64,000 nucleotides of DNA from Methanothermococcus sp. Ax23 (lineage in GTDB: Archaea; AGJL01; Methanococci; Methanococcales; Methanococcaceae): positions 640,001 to 704,000 of the forward strand of contig NZ_CP157522.1 of assembly GCF_049075655.1 (NCBI RefSeq), written 5' to 3'. The notes below the pieces were generated by a model that was not told where the DNA came from, did not search any database, and saw only the letters and a program-made list of their open reading frames with translations. Below, piece after piece: positions 14,978-24,877 of the stretch. Position 1 is the first letter of the stretch, and every line of letters starts with the position of its first letter. The position numbers and the translations under genes are program-made.

Positions 14978-16207
14978 ATGTTGGACCCTATTGAATTTAT
15001 ACAAAATGCTTCATCAATAACAAAAAAATCAATGAATAGGTTGAAATTAAAGACTAATCCTTTTTCTGAAAAACCAATAAGGGGCAATACCAAGTTTTTT
15101 GTAGGTAGAACCACAGAATTAATGGAAATTGCCGATATATTAGGTGCTGCCCAGTATGGTAGTGTTGCCAATGCCGCCATAGTTGGAACAAAAGGTATTG
15201 GTAAGAGCTCCCTTTTGAATGTTATATATTATGCAGCAAAAAGGCAGAACCACTGGACTGTGGAATTAGAGGCTTCTCAGATTACGCCAAGACAGTTTTT
15301 AATACAGTTAATGCATGGGATTATAAGGGATAATATATTTACTATGGATGGCACCTTATCAACAGATTATTTAGAACACTCTCAAAAGATAATAGATATA
15401 TATCGAAGATTGGATTCATATTCTGATAAAACTCCCGTTCATTATCCAAGGGAGAAAATAGAAAGGGATTTGGATTATTTGTTGAATAATGTAAAAGAAG
15501 ATGGTAAATTATGCATAATTTTAATTGACGAAGCAGACCAATTTGCTAAAAAAGGATGTTTGGGGCTTTTGCAGTTTTTCCACTCATTTTTGTATGAAGA
15601 TGGTATTTTAGCATTTTTTGCAGGTTCCCCAACTCTCATGGAAAATTTAACTAGGGTATCTCCTGCAATGAGGGATAGATTACCTAAAATAATAAATATG
15701 CCTCCGCTATCAAAAGAAGAATCCTATGATTTAATATTAAGGAGATTAAAAGATGCCCAAATTCCAAAGGCAAAAGGTTATGAACCATTCACTGAAAATG
15801 CAGTGGATGTGATTGTTGAAGAATGTGATGGTATTCCAAGGAAAATTATTATGACGTGTTCAGAGGCAATCTCCATAGGATTAAAGAAAGGATTAACTGA
15901 GATAGATGAAGATATTGTTAAAATGGCTATGAAAAAATTAGGAATAAGCGTGGGTCATCAAATCTTGAATCACCTAACCCCTGCTCAATCAAAAATAGTT
16001 AAAGCACTGGCAAGTTTTGGAGGAAAATCAACAGTAACTGAACTTGCAAAAGTTTTAAATAATTCACCTGGGACAGTTGGGACCCATCTATCGGATATAT
16101 ATGAGATGGGATATATTTATAAAGAACGCTCTGGAAATAATGTGTATTATACATTATCTAAGGAATTGAATGAGGTTTTAATAAATAACGATGATGAAGA
16201 TGATTAA
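14978..16207 (+). CDS. Divergent Orc1/Cdc6-like AAA+ ATPase with C-terminal wHTH (MJ0774 family)
   Basis: NPF...FVGR, Walker A GTKGIGKS, Walker B IILIDEAD, sensor-2 DGIPR, C-terminal HTH. Start set to MLDPIEF after GGTGGT. Neighbouring gene order matches MJ0774-MJ0783 as I recall it. Confidence 0.8.
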   Translation: MLDPIEFIQNASSITKKSMNRLKLKTNPFSEKPIRGNTKFFVGRTTELMEIADILGAAQYGSVANAAIVGTKGIGKSSLLNVIYYAAKRQNHWTVELEASQITPRQFLIQLMHGIIRDNIFTMDGTLSTDYLEHSQKIIDIYRRLDSYSDKTPVHYPREKIERDLDYLLNNVKEDGKLCIILIDEADQFAKKGCLGLLQFFHSFLYEDGILAFFAGSPTLMENLTRVSPAMRDRLPKIINMPPLSKEESYDLILRRLKDAQIPKAKGYEPFTENAVDVIVEECDGIPRKIIMTCSEAISIGLKKGLTEIDEDIVKMAMKKLGISVGHQILNHLTPAQSKIVKALASFGGKSTVTELAKVLNNSPGTVGTHLSDIYEMGYIYKERSGNNVYYTLSKELNEVLINNDDEDD

Positions 16208-16296
16208 TATAATTAAATATATTAAAATCTTCAAAAGACATTAATGTTAAATACAATAATTTATCATTATTCTTTAATTAATCAAATGGTGAGTCT

Positions 16297-17238
16297 ATGT
16301 TTTGTGATATTCAAGCAACAGAACCTGATATAAAAGTTTCACTCACAAGGGTTGGAGTAACCAATTTAAAAAAACTGGTTAAAATAACGAGGGAATCTAA
16401 AAGACCTATAATTTTACTACCAACTTTTGAAGTATTTGTTGATTTGCCGAGCTCCCAAAAGGGAATACATATGTCAAGAAGTCCTGAGGTAATTGAGGAG
16501 GTAATAGAAAACCTTGTCAATAAAGAAACCTATGGTATAGAGGAGCTCTCGGTTGATATTGTAAAAAAACTTTTTGAAAGGCATGAGTATGCCAGCAGGG
16601 CAGAAGTTTTGATGCACAGCGACTATATGATGGAAGAAAAATCTCCGATAACTGAAAAAAATTCCCAGGAAATTTGTAAGATTATTGGAAGGGCATATGG
16701 AGTAAAGGATTCAGAAGGCAACATTGTTATTAAAAAAATGGTTGGTGCGGAGGTTGTTGGAATTACAGCATGCCCATGTGCTCAGAATCTTTTAAAGGAA
16801 AAAGCAGTGGATAATTTAAAGGAAAAAGGATTTTCGGATGAAGACATCGTTAAAATATTGGATTCAGTTGTTATTGCAACCCATAATCAAAGGGGAATTG
16901 GAACCATAATGATTGAAGTGCCTGATGGGTATGACATCAGCATAGGTAAAATTATAAATATCATTAAAAAATCCATGAGCGGAGAGGTATATGAGCTATT
17001 AAAAAGAGTTGATGAAGGTTATGTCGTAGAAACGGCACACAATAACCCAAAATTTGTTGAAGATTGTGCAAGAGAGATGATTAAGCGGGTTGTAGATGAA
17101 TTTAACTATCTTCCAGATGACACTGAGGTCCTAGTTAGACAGGTTAATAAAGAAAGTATTCATAGACATGATGCTTTTGCAGAGAGATATTCTAAAATGG
17201 GTGATTTGAGGGCTGAATTGGAACTAAATGGTAAATAA
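16297..17238 (+). CDS. mptA: GTP cyclohydrolase MptA (FolE2 family; methanopterin biosynthesis)
   Basis: KGIHMSR, ITACPCA, ATHNQRG, NPKFVED, ESIHRHDAFA. Confidence 0.93.
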   Translation: MFCDIQATEPDIKVSLTRVGVTNLKKLVKITRESKRPIILLPTFEVFVDLPSSQKGIHMSRSPEVIEEVIENLVNKETYGIEELSVDIVKKLFERHEYASRAEVLMHSDYMMEEKSPITEKNSQEICKIIGRAYGVKDSEGNIVIKKMVGAEVVGITACPCAQNLLKEKAVDNLKEKGFSDEDIVKILDSVVIATHNQRGIGTIMIEVPDGYDISIGKIINIIKKSMSGEVYELLKRVDEGYVVETAHNNPKFVEDCAREMIKRVVDEFNYLPDDTEVLVRQVNKESIHRHDAFAERYSKMGDLRAELELNGK

Positions 17239-17397
17239 TATTAAGTTATTTTATAATATATATAGAACATTTACCATATTTGCTGCATATTCTATATTTT
17301 ATATTTCATATTTCGTTGTTCTATTACTGTATGATTGTATTATGCCTATTTCTAAGTAATTTTATTTTTTCAAATCTCTTTAATTTTAAGTGATTAT

Positions 17398-18543
17398 ATG
17401 AAAGTGCTTGTTATTGGAGTTAATACACGTCCTGTGGTTAATTCGGCTAAAAAATTGGGATATGAGGTTTATTCTATTTCGTATTATAATCCAGTAGATT
17501 TAAACGCCGATAAAAAAGAATATCTTATAAATGATAAATATCATGGGTGTTTTAGAGAAAATTATAATGAGAAAGAATTATTATCTCTTGCCGAGTATTA
17601 TGTGGATGATATTGATTGTATATTTGTATGTTCAGGCATATTTGAAAGCAAACATTCAAAAACACCCGATTGGAATGTTGTTGGGAATCCACCAAAAAAG
17701 ATTAAAAGGATGAGTAATAAATATTACATTACAAAAAAATTAGAAAATTTAGGTTGTAGCGTCCCTACAACATATATTGCTTACAATTATAGCCAACTTG
17801 AAAAGTATTTGTATGATTTAAAGTCTATTGTTGTAAAACCCATTTGTGGAAGTGGCGGAATAAATGTTCATTCTATAACTTTAAATACTTTCACGGATAA
17901 ATTATATAATTTGCTAAAAAATTTGGAGTACCCTGTAATTGTTCAAGAAATGATAACATCAGATAGTTTCAGTGCATCATTTGTAGGTTCAAATTTTATC
18001 ACATTTAATAAACAGATTATTAAAAACAACATGTATGTTGGAAATATAACTCCTTATGTCCCAAATCTAAAAACAAACAACAAAGGAGTCCAATGTATTG
18101 TAGATTCATTTCGAGAAGTTATAGAATCATTTGATTTAGCTGGGATGAATGGTATTGATTTTATGATTAAAGACGGAGCTCCTATTATCATAGAACTAAA
18201 TCCCCGAATATTAGGAACATTTGAAACAATAGAATTGTCGTCAAACAAAAATCTTGTAAAATATATGATTGAAAATTCAGAAAATCAAGGATTTTCATCA
18301 TGTGGTGACTTAAAACCAAAAACTCAGTATATGAAAAGGATATTGTTTGCAGAACAAAAACTTATATGCCGCATTGAAAAACAACAAAATATTTTTGACA
18401 TCCCAATGTATGATACAATAATAGAAAAAAATGAACCATTAGCCACAGCGATTGGGAAAAATAATGATGAAATAAACAAGGCAGTTGATAGTATTTCAAA
18501 GATGGTGATTAATTATGAAATTAAACAAAGAAGAGATATATGA
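17398..18543 (+). CDS. ATP-grasp family protein
   Basis: [29 protein letters not shown]. Confidence 0.8.
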   Translation: MKVLVIGVNTRPVVNSAKKLGYEVYSISYYNPVDLNADKKEYLINDKYHGCFRENYNEKELLSLAEYYVDDIDCIFVCSGIFESKHSKTPDWNVVGNPPKKIKRMSNKYYITKKLENLGCSVPTTYIAYNYSQLEKYLYDLKSIVVKPICGSGGINVHSITLNTFTDKLYNLLKNLEYPVIVQEMITSDSFSASFVGSNFITFNKQIIKNNMYVGNITPYVPNLKTNNKGVQCIVDSFREVIESFDLAGMNGIDFMIKDGAPIIIELNPRILGTFETIELSSNKNLVKYMIENSENQGFSSCGDLKPKTQYMKRILFAEQKLICRIEKQQNIFDIPMYDTIIEKNEPLATAIGKNNDEINKAVDSISKMVINYEIKQRRDI

Positions 18544-19114
18544 TATGCTTGATAATCCATTGGTTCAGCAAGTTCTACTTGAAGTATTGGATGAGGATGT
18601 GAGTGGATTTGAAGTTTTAGCTGTGCTTATAGATTTAGAGGAAGTTACCGACGATGAAATTTCAAGACAGTTAAATTTAAAACTAAATACTGTTAGGAAA
18701 TTATTATACAAATTATATGATGCAAGACTTGTGGATTACGACAGAGAAAAGGACGAAGAAACAAATTGGTACACATACACATGGAAGCCTGCCCTTGAAA
18801 AATTGCCTGCTCTCGTTAAGAAGAAGACTCAGCATATATTAAAGGAACTTAAAGAGCAGCTAATTATTGAGGAAAATAATATGTTCTTTTACTGCCCAGG
18901 TTGCGAATTTAAATATACTTTTGAAGAAGCCATGGATTATGGATTTAGGTGTCCGCAGTGTGGGGGAGCTCTCAAAGAATATAATAATAAAAATGATATA
19001 AAGATACTTAAAGAGCAGATAAAATTCTTAGAAGATGAATTAAAATTAAATCCATTATTTTTTACGTCTGAAGGAACGGGAAATCAAAGAAAAGAAATAA
19101 GAGCAACTGTTTAA
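18515..19114 (+). CDS. tfe: Transcription factor E
   Basis: wHTH VTDDEIS...[13 protein letters not shown]...WYTYTW and Zn ribbon CPGC...FRCPQCG. Confidence 0.95.
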   Translation: MKLNKEEIYDMLDNPLVQQVLLEVLDEDVSGFEVLAVLIDLEEVTDDEISRQLNLKLNTVRKLLYKLYDARLVDYDREKDEETNWYTYTWKPALEKLPALVKKKTQHILKELKEQLIIEENNMFFYCPGCEFKYTFEEAMDYGFRCPQCGGALKEYNNKNDIKILKEQIKFLEDELKLNPLFFTSEGTGNQRKEIRATV

Positions 19115-19209
19115 TTAAATTTTTAATTTAAATATTTACAACTTATAATTTACAATATATGGATGATTTATATATTTTATTTTAATCATATATTTTACTG
19201 GGTGATTTT

Positions 19210-19836
19210 ATGAATAATTCTTTTTTAAATATGTTAAATGAGCTCCCAGAGAATGATATTAAATGCGTTTTTGACAATAAACCTGGCAATGAAAAGTTTT
19301 TATCTAATAATTCTCCATTCAATAGTCCAGAATTCAAAAAATCCTATGCTCTTTTGTCGAAACTATGCGAAAAAAATGTAGTTATGCATTGTTTGGCGGT
19401 ATCGGTATATACATATGAGCTCGGTTTAAAAATAAAAAATAAGGGGCATAATATCAATCTTGAATTGGCAGTAATAGGAGCTCTCTTGCATGATATTGGA
19501 AGATGCAAAACCCATGGTATAGAGCATGGAATAGAGGGTGGAAAAATATTGAGGAAATATAATTTTAATGAAGAGCTCGCTTTAATTGCTGAAAGACACA
19601 TTGGTGCAGGAATCCCAAAAAATGAAGCAGTAGAATTGGGACTTCCACCAAGAGATTATATTCCACTGACTTTGGAAGAAAAACTTGTGGCACATTGTGA
19701 TAATTTAATAAGTGGAACAAAGAGGGTGGATATTGATTTTGTAGTAAATAAATTTAAAAAAAGAATGAATTTATCCCATCCATCAATAACTCGTATTTTG
19801 AACTTAAACTATGAAATAAATAAATTGTTGATTTAA
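19210..19836 (+). CDS. HD-domain (HDIG) phosphohydrolase
   Basis: VVMHC, LLHDIGR, HGIEG, ERHIGAG, EEKLVAHCD. Confidence 0.88.
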   Translation: MNNSFLNMLNELPENDIKCVFDNKPGNEKFLSNNSPFNSPEFKKSYALLSKLCEKNVVMHCLAVSVYTYELGLKIKNKGHNINLELAVIGALLHDIGRCKTHGIEHGIEGGKILRKYNFNEELALIAERHIGAGIPKNEAVELGLPPRDYIPLTLEEKLVAHCDNLISGTKRVDIDFVVNKFKKRMNLSHPSITRILNLNYEINKLLI

Positions 19837-20717
19837 AATAACATTTTTGTCATAAATAATACTCCATAAAATGACACTAAACCAAAGGTCATGCAGAATG
19901 TGCAGGTAATTATCATTCTATTTATTTTTAAACCAAATAATGGCACAGCAAACAAAATACCAAAAATTCCAGTTCCAATTTGAATGTTTTCCATACATTT
20001 TGCAAGTTGTTCTGGAGTGACAGCAACGATATTTGGGGTCATTTGAGCTATTGCATTTATATAACCTCCAATAATGCCCGCAGTTGCGGGGATAACTCCA
20101 CATATTATTATTAATCCAACTGCGAGACCATTTGCTGTAACACTGAGTAATTGGGCTTTTAGATTTTGCAAATCTTCAAGTGTTTTTGCAAGCGTTCTAA
20201 GAACCTCTGCCAATTCCCCACCATATTTTCTATTTTCTATAATTAGTCTTCCAATCTGTCTAAATATTTTTGAATCGATACTATTTGAAACTAATATAAT
20301 GGAATCCTCAAAACTTAATTTTTTTTCAGTCATTAATGCAACAATTTTTAAAAAAACAGTATCTACTTCTTTAATGCCGCTATTTATAACTTCGTTAATG
20401 GCATCCATTACTGAACGACCTGATTCTAATGACAGTATCATTACATAAAGAGCTTTTGGTAAATTACGTTCGAATTTTTCTATTTTAGACTCATATAACA
20501 TAGATGGAATTGATAATACAGAAAGGACATATAATGCTATTAATATAATTGTGCTTTTTGAATTAAGATTCATAATATATTTTAACACAATTGGTATTAT
20601 GGGTGAAAGCAATAGCATCATAAAATAGGATTTTTCATTTATGTTAATGCCTGCATGTTTTAATATTAAGGTATTACGTCTTATAATATAATTATATATG
20701 TCATAAATATTCACCAT
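19833..20717 (-). CDS. Type IV pilus platform protein, T2SS-F/TadC family (EpdJ-like)
   Basis: Multi-TM, LPKALYVMILSLESGRS...YGGELAEVL; third gene of the ATPase-TadB-TadC unit. Confidence 0.82.
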   Translation of the reverse strand: MVNIYDIYNYIIRRNTLILKHAGININEKSYFMMLLLSPIIPIVLKYIMNLNSKSTIILIALYVLSVLSIPSMLYESKIEKFERNLPKALYVMILSLESGRSVMDAINEVINSGIKEVDTVFLKIVALMTEKKLSFEDSIILVSNSIDSKIFRQIGRLIIENRKYGGELAEVLRTLAKTLEDLQNLKAQLLSVTANGLAVGLIIICGVIPATAGIIGGYINAIAQMTPNIVAVTPEQLAKCMENIQIGTGIFGILFAVPLFGLKINRMIITCTFCMTFGLVSFYGVLFMTKMLF

Positions 20718-20721
20718 AATT

Positions 20722-21873
20722 TCACTCTATTTTCATTTTAATAAATATTGCAAATATTGCAGTGACCAAAGGAGTTATTTTTGTTAATAATAAATCAGTT
20801 GTATTGATTATCCCGTCAAATCCCATATTGCCTTGAAGTGAGGATAGCAGCATACCTGAAAATGGGAGTATTATTCCAACCCCGAATATAAGGTTCCCTA
20901 AATTTGATATTTGAAATTTTGATGAATCTATTCTGGACAATGATTCTCTAATGACTTCATTATATAAATTCTTTAAAAGTAATTGTGTTCCCCCTTTATT
21001 TGCAGAGATGATAAGCTGGCTGTATAATTTTTTCATCAATGGTATTTTAGTTCTTATTCTCGCTCTTTCAAGTGCTTCTTTAAAACTATACCCTCCTCTA
21101 TTGATATCGTAAATTATATTTTTAAATTCAAATGAAGGTATGCCGTATTCGGGATTTTCTGAAATATTTTTCATGGCTTCCTGCAATGACATACCTGAAT
21201 TTAATGAAGAAATCATATGCAATATTGATATCATTATCTGAATTTTTATTTCCCCGCGGAATAGTAATAACTTTATTTTTGGATAAAATATCCCTGCAAT
21301 AAGTAAAATAGCACTTGCAAATAATCCATCAGTAATTCCATATAATATATATCCATCATATACATTATTTAGGAAATATAATATCCCAATACCAATGGAT
21401 GCAATTATTAATTTTAGAAAATATGACTTCACATCTCTAATTCCTGCATACTGAAAATCTATCTTTGAAGGTAGATATTTAGTGTGTGTTACCAAATATG
21501 AGAGATTTTTAGAATACTCATTAAGCATGTTAAAATAACTTTTTTCGATTAATTCGTCTAAATCAATATCCATCTTAATCTTCACATCTGGTTTTTTTTC
21601 AACATATGTGTCGTAAAATTCCATAAGTCCAATGTCTGGTTCTTTATGGGTATCCAATAGTTTTTTTACATGTGTTAATGATATTCTTCTTTTTCGTATT
21701 CTCCTTCTTTTTCTCCCAATTCTTAAATCTATATAAATTAATCTATCGATTAACTTCATCAATTTATTATAATATTTTAATATATTTTTATATATTCTCC
21801 TGCATAATAATATCCGTTTTAACCTTAATTGTTTATATGTATCCCTCAATGATTTGTAGGTCATTTTTTTCAT
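20722..21873 (-). CDS. Type IV pilus platform protein, T2SS-F/TadB family (EpdK-like)
   Basis: HMISSLNSGMSLQEAM...EYG...GGYSFKEAL; TM helices; adjacent to the secretion ATPase. Confidence 0.82.
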   Translation of the reverse strand: MKKMTYKSLRDTYKQLRLKRILLCRRIYKNILKYYNKLMKLIDRLIYIDLRIGRKRRRIRKRRISLTHVKKLLDTHKEPDIGLMEFYDTYVEKKPDVKIKMDIDLDELIEKSYFNMLNEYSKNLSYLVTHTKYLPSKIDFQYAGIRDVKSYFLKLIIASIGIGILYFLNNVYDGYILYGITDGLFASAILLIAGIFYPKIKLLLFRGEIKIQIMISILHMISSLNSGMSLQEAMKNISENPEYGIPSFEFKNIIYDINRGGYSFKEALERARIRTKIPLMKKLYSQLIISANKGGTQLLLKNLYNEVIRESLSRIDSSKFQISNLGNLIFGVGIILPFSGMLLSSLQGNMGFDGIINTTDLLLTKITPLVTAIFAIFIKMKIE

Positions 21874-21887
21874 AAAATCACCAGAAG

Positions 21888-24850
21888 TTATAAGATTATA
21901 TTTTTTAGCACATTTTCTGGATTTTCTTGATATTGCCTAATTAAATTCCCTACGCTATTTATGTCCCGTATGTTATTTTTAATGGCATATTTAAGCACTT
22001 CTATTCTATTCAATCTATCCTCTATGAGCTCATCCCGTGATACACCTGCAATATTGCAAACCTGTTCTTCCCACATACATATTCCATCTTTTTTAATTTC
22101 ATCAGATATACCATCATATTTAAAAAGGCTCGTTTTTGAGATATCCTCTCCAGCCCCGCTAATTTCTATAACATTTAATACCCTTCTCACGGTTTTTCTA
22201 TTTCTTTTAATTCGCTGCTGGTTTATAATAAAATCCAGGGATGAAATCATAACTTCTGGAACGTTCATCGGGGGATTCATTAGTCTAATCATTGCCTCAT
22301 CTGCACTATTTGCGTGAAGTGTCCCGGAACAGTTTGAAATGATAAATCCACCATACTTGCCTGCAATGTATGTGTGGTTATCTTCAACTGTTAAATCATA
22401 AATATGTCCATTGTATTCAATTTCTTCAACACTTACAACCTTATCCCAATATATGTCTGAATTTGCTAATATTTTTAAGTTTTCAGCATTTAATATTTCT
22501 GCTATTTTATTTAACTTCGTTCTCGAAGGGTCTCTTACACCTGTTTCATAAGCCCTGATTAAACTTCTGGTTTTTAATCCAAGTTTCTCAGCTAATTCTT
22601 GCTGTGTTAATTTATTATTTAATCGATAATATTTTATCAATTTTCCGATATTTGGTATAATATCTAGGGAATTTTTGGATTTAAGTAGTATGTTATTTAA
22701 CTTTTCATGTTTTGTATGGTGTGTAAATCCGATATGTTTCCAGTATTTCCATATGTTATCATATCCACCAATGGTTATTTTATAATATGGATTTATATTT
22801 CCTTTTCCATCCTTTTCTTGAGCTGAAACATGGGATATAATCCCAAATCTTAGCAATAAATATGGAAGGGCAATTGCAAGATTTTTGTTTGATGTTACAA
22901 ATTCAATACGCCTTGTAGTTTCATTTATATGGCCATCAGAATCAAATAATCCTTGTATAAATTCTGATAAATCATCGTTTGATAACAATACCTCTATTGG
23001 AATACTAAATGATTTTGTTTTATTTCCAATTGGGATATATTTTGAAAGTTTACTGACTGATTCTACCCCATACACTTTGGCTTTTGTGTGGTTGTTATAT
23101 TTTAAACAAACAACATCTCCATAATCACTCATTTCACTTGAAACTTTTTCAATTACATCGCTATTTTGATTTATAAAGTCAATACAATATTTGCTTAAAT
23201 GATCATCGCCCAATAAAGCACCAATTAAATATGGATTTTCAATATATTTACCATCTTTGGTTTTCAATTCTCGTGGAAGTGCAATGTAATCATTAATTTT
23301 AACCATTTCCGCATTTATCTCAAATATTTTATTATTTAATATATACATAGGATGGTCATGAGTAAGAATTATTTCCTTACCGCTTTTTGTTTTTATTTTT
23401 ATCATCTTTCCAGAGTATTCTTTTCTCCAAACTCTTGATATTAATTTATCTTCAATTTTTAGGGTGCTTTTGTTAAAACTTTTAATAAATATATTCTCAT
23501 TAGATACGTCAATCCATTCAAATCCATTACTTTCTTTTACTTTCATTAAATCATATTTCTCAAAAAATTTATCAACAAATTCTCCTATGTTTATGATGTG
23601 TCCGTTAGATAAATAAATGGGTTCATCTTCCACTAATGCACCATCATGACCTGTATTCATAGCAACTAAAAGAGAATGGGCTTCCTCACCTCTAACCTCC
23701 CCTACAAATATTCTATCTGGTCTCATCCTTAAAGCATTTTTAATTAAATCATCCATTGTGACTTCATACTCTGGAATTCCAGGTCTTGGAGGTCTTGTAA
23801 TCATTTTTATTACATGCTCATGAGGGATTTGCAATTCGGGAGTGTCCTCAATAGTTACAATCCTGTCGGAATACATGGAAAACATTGAAATAACATTAAG
23901 AGTTGTGGTTTTCCCTGAACCAGTTCCTCCCACAATCAGCGTATTTGCAGGTTTTGCTCCGAAGTATCCTTCAACGGCCTGCCATATGAATGCTGCAAGT
24001 TCAAGGTCAAAAGTTTTGTATTTAATTAAATCAACAACCGTCAGCGGGTCAGCTGAAAATTTACGAATGGTTAGGGTGCTGCCATTCAATGTAACATCCT
24101 GTGTTGTGGCATTGACCCTACTACCATCGGGTAAAAACGCATCTAACATCGGTGTCCTGGAGTCTATCGTTCTTCCAGCAAGTAGGGCAATATTTTCAAT
24201 AATTCTAGTTAATTCACTGTTATTAATTACAATATTTGTCTTACACATTTGGTATTTTCTATGGAATACAAAAGTGGGTCGGTTAATTCCATTTACCATG
24301 ATTTCTTCTAGATTATCATCATGTAATGGAACTTCTAAGAATCCAAGTTTTCCTATTATTAAATAAAAATATTTAGCTAAATTTTGAATTTCAATATTTT
24401 TGAGATTCAGGCCATTCTTTTCAGAATAATTTAGTAAATACCCTTGGATTTCTTCAATTTTTTGAAAGCCGCCTTCGGAGATATCAGATTTTATCTCAGA
24501 TATATTTTCCTCAGAAAGCTTGGAAAGCGCATCGATTATCTGGCTAACCTCAGGAATGTTATAATATATTCGCCCATCCTTTTTTTCTATAAGGATATTG
24601 AACACAACGCCATCGATTTTTAAAAAATAATTGTCAATTACATTTGGAGATATGATTTTAATATTTTGAATATTTTGATGAGTGGATTTATCGTTGAAGG
24701 GGAATTTTCGAGTTTCACTACTTGGAGCAAGACCTCTAAGAGGTGCACTAGGCTCAGTTTTTACTGTCTCTTTTTCTAGTTTTTCAGTTTTTTTTTAGGT
24801 TCTGGAGTAGGTTTAATATCTTTGTTTTTAATTCTATCAAAAAGACCCAT
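21888..24850 (-). CDS. Type IV pilus/secretion ATPase (KlbA/EpdL-like) with an intein; frameshifted at the A9 run 24788-24796
   Basis: Walker A GGTGSGKT, TIEDTPEL, LRMRPDRIFVGEVRG, AMNTGHDG/CSGTLHA. RBS-preceded ATG at 24850 (MGLFDRIKNK) is out of frame with the long ORF, which is open from 24794 to 21888. Confidence 0.85.
22332..23639 (-). mobile_element. KlbA intein (436 aa, Ala-initiated) with LAGLIDADG endonuclease and an internal XRE-type HTH
   Basis: Junctions GHDG|ALVEDEP and GFIISN|CSGT; block B THDHP; endonuclease blocks LIGALLGDD and FIQGLFDSDG; block F YDLTV. Confidence 0.92.
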
Positions 24851-24877
24851 AATATCGCCCCGTCTGATAGTATAATT

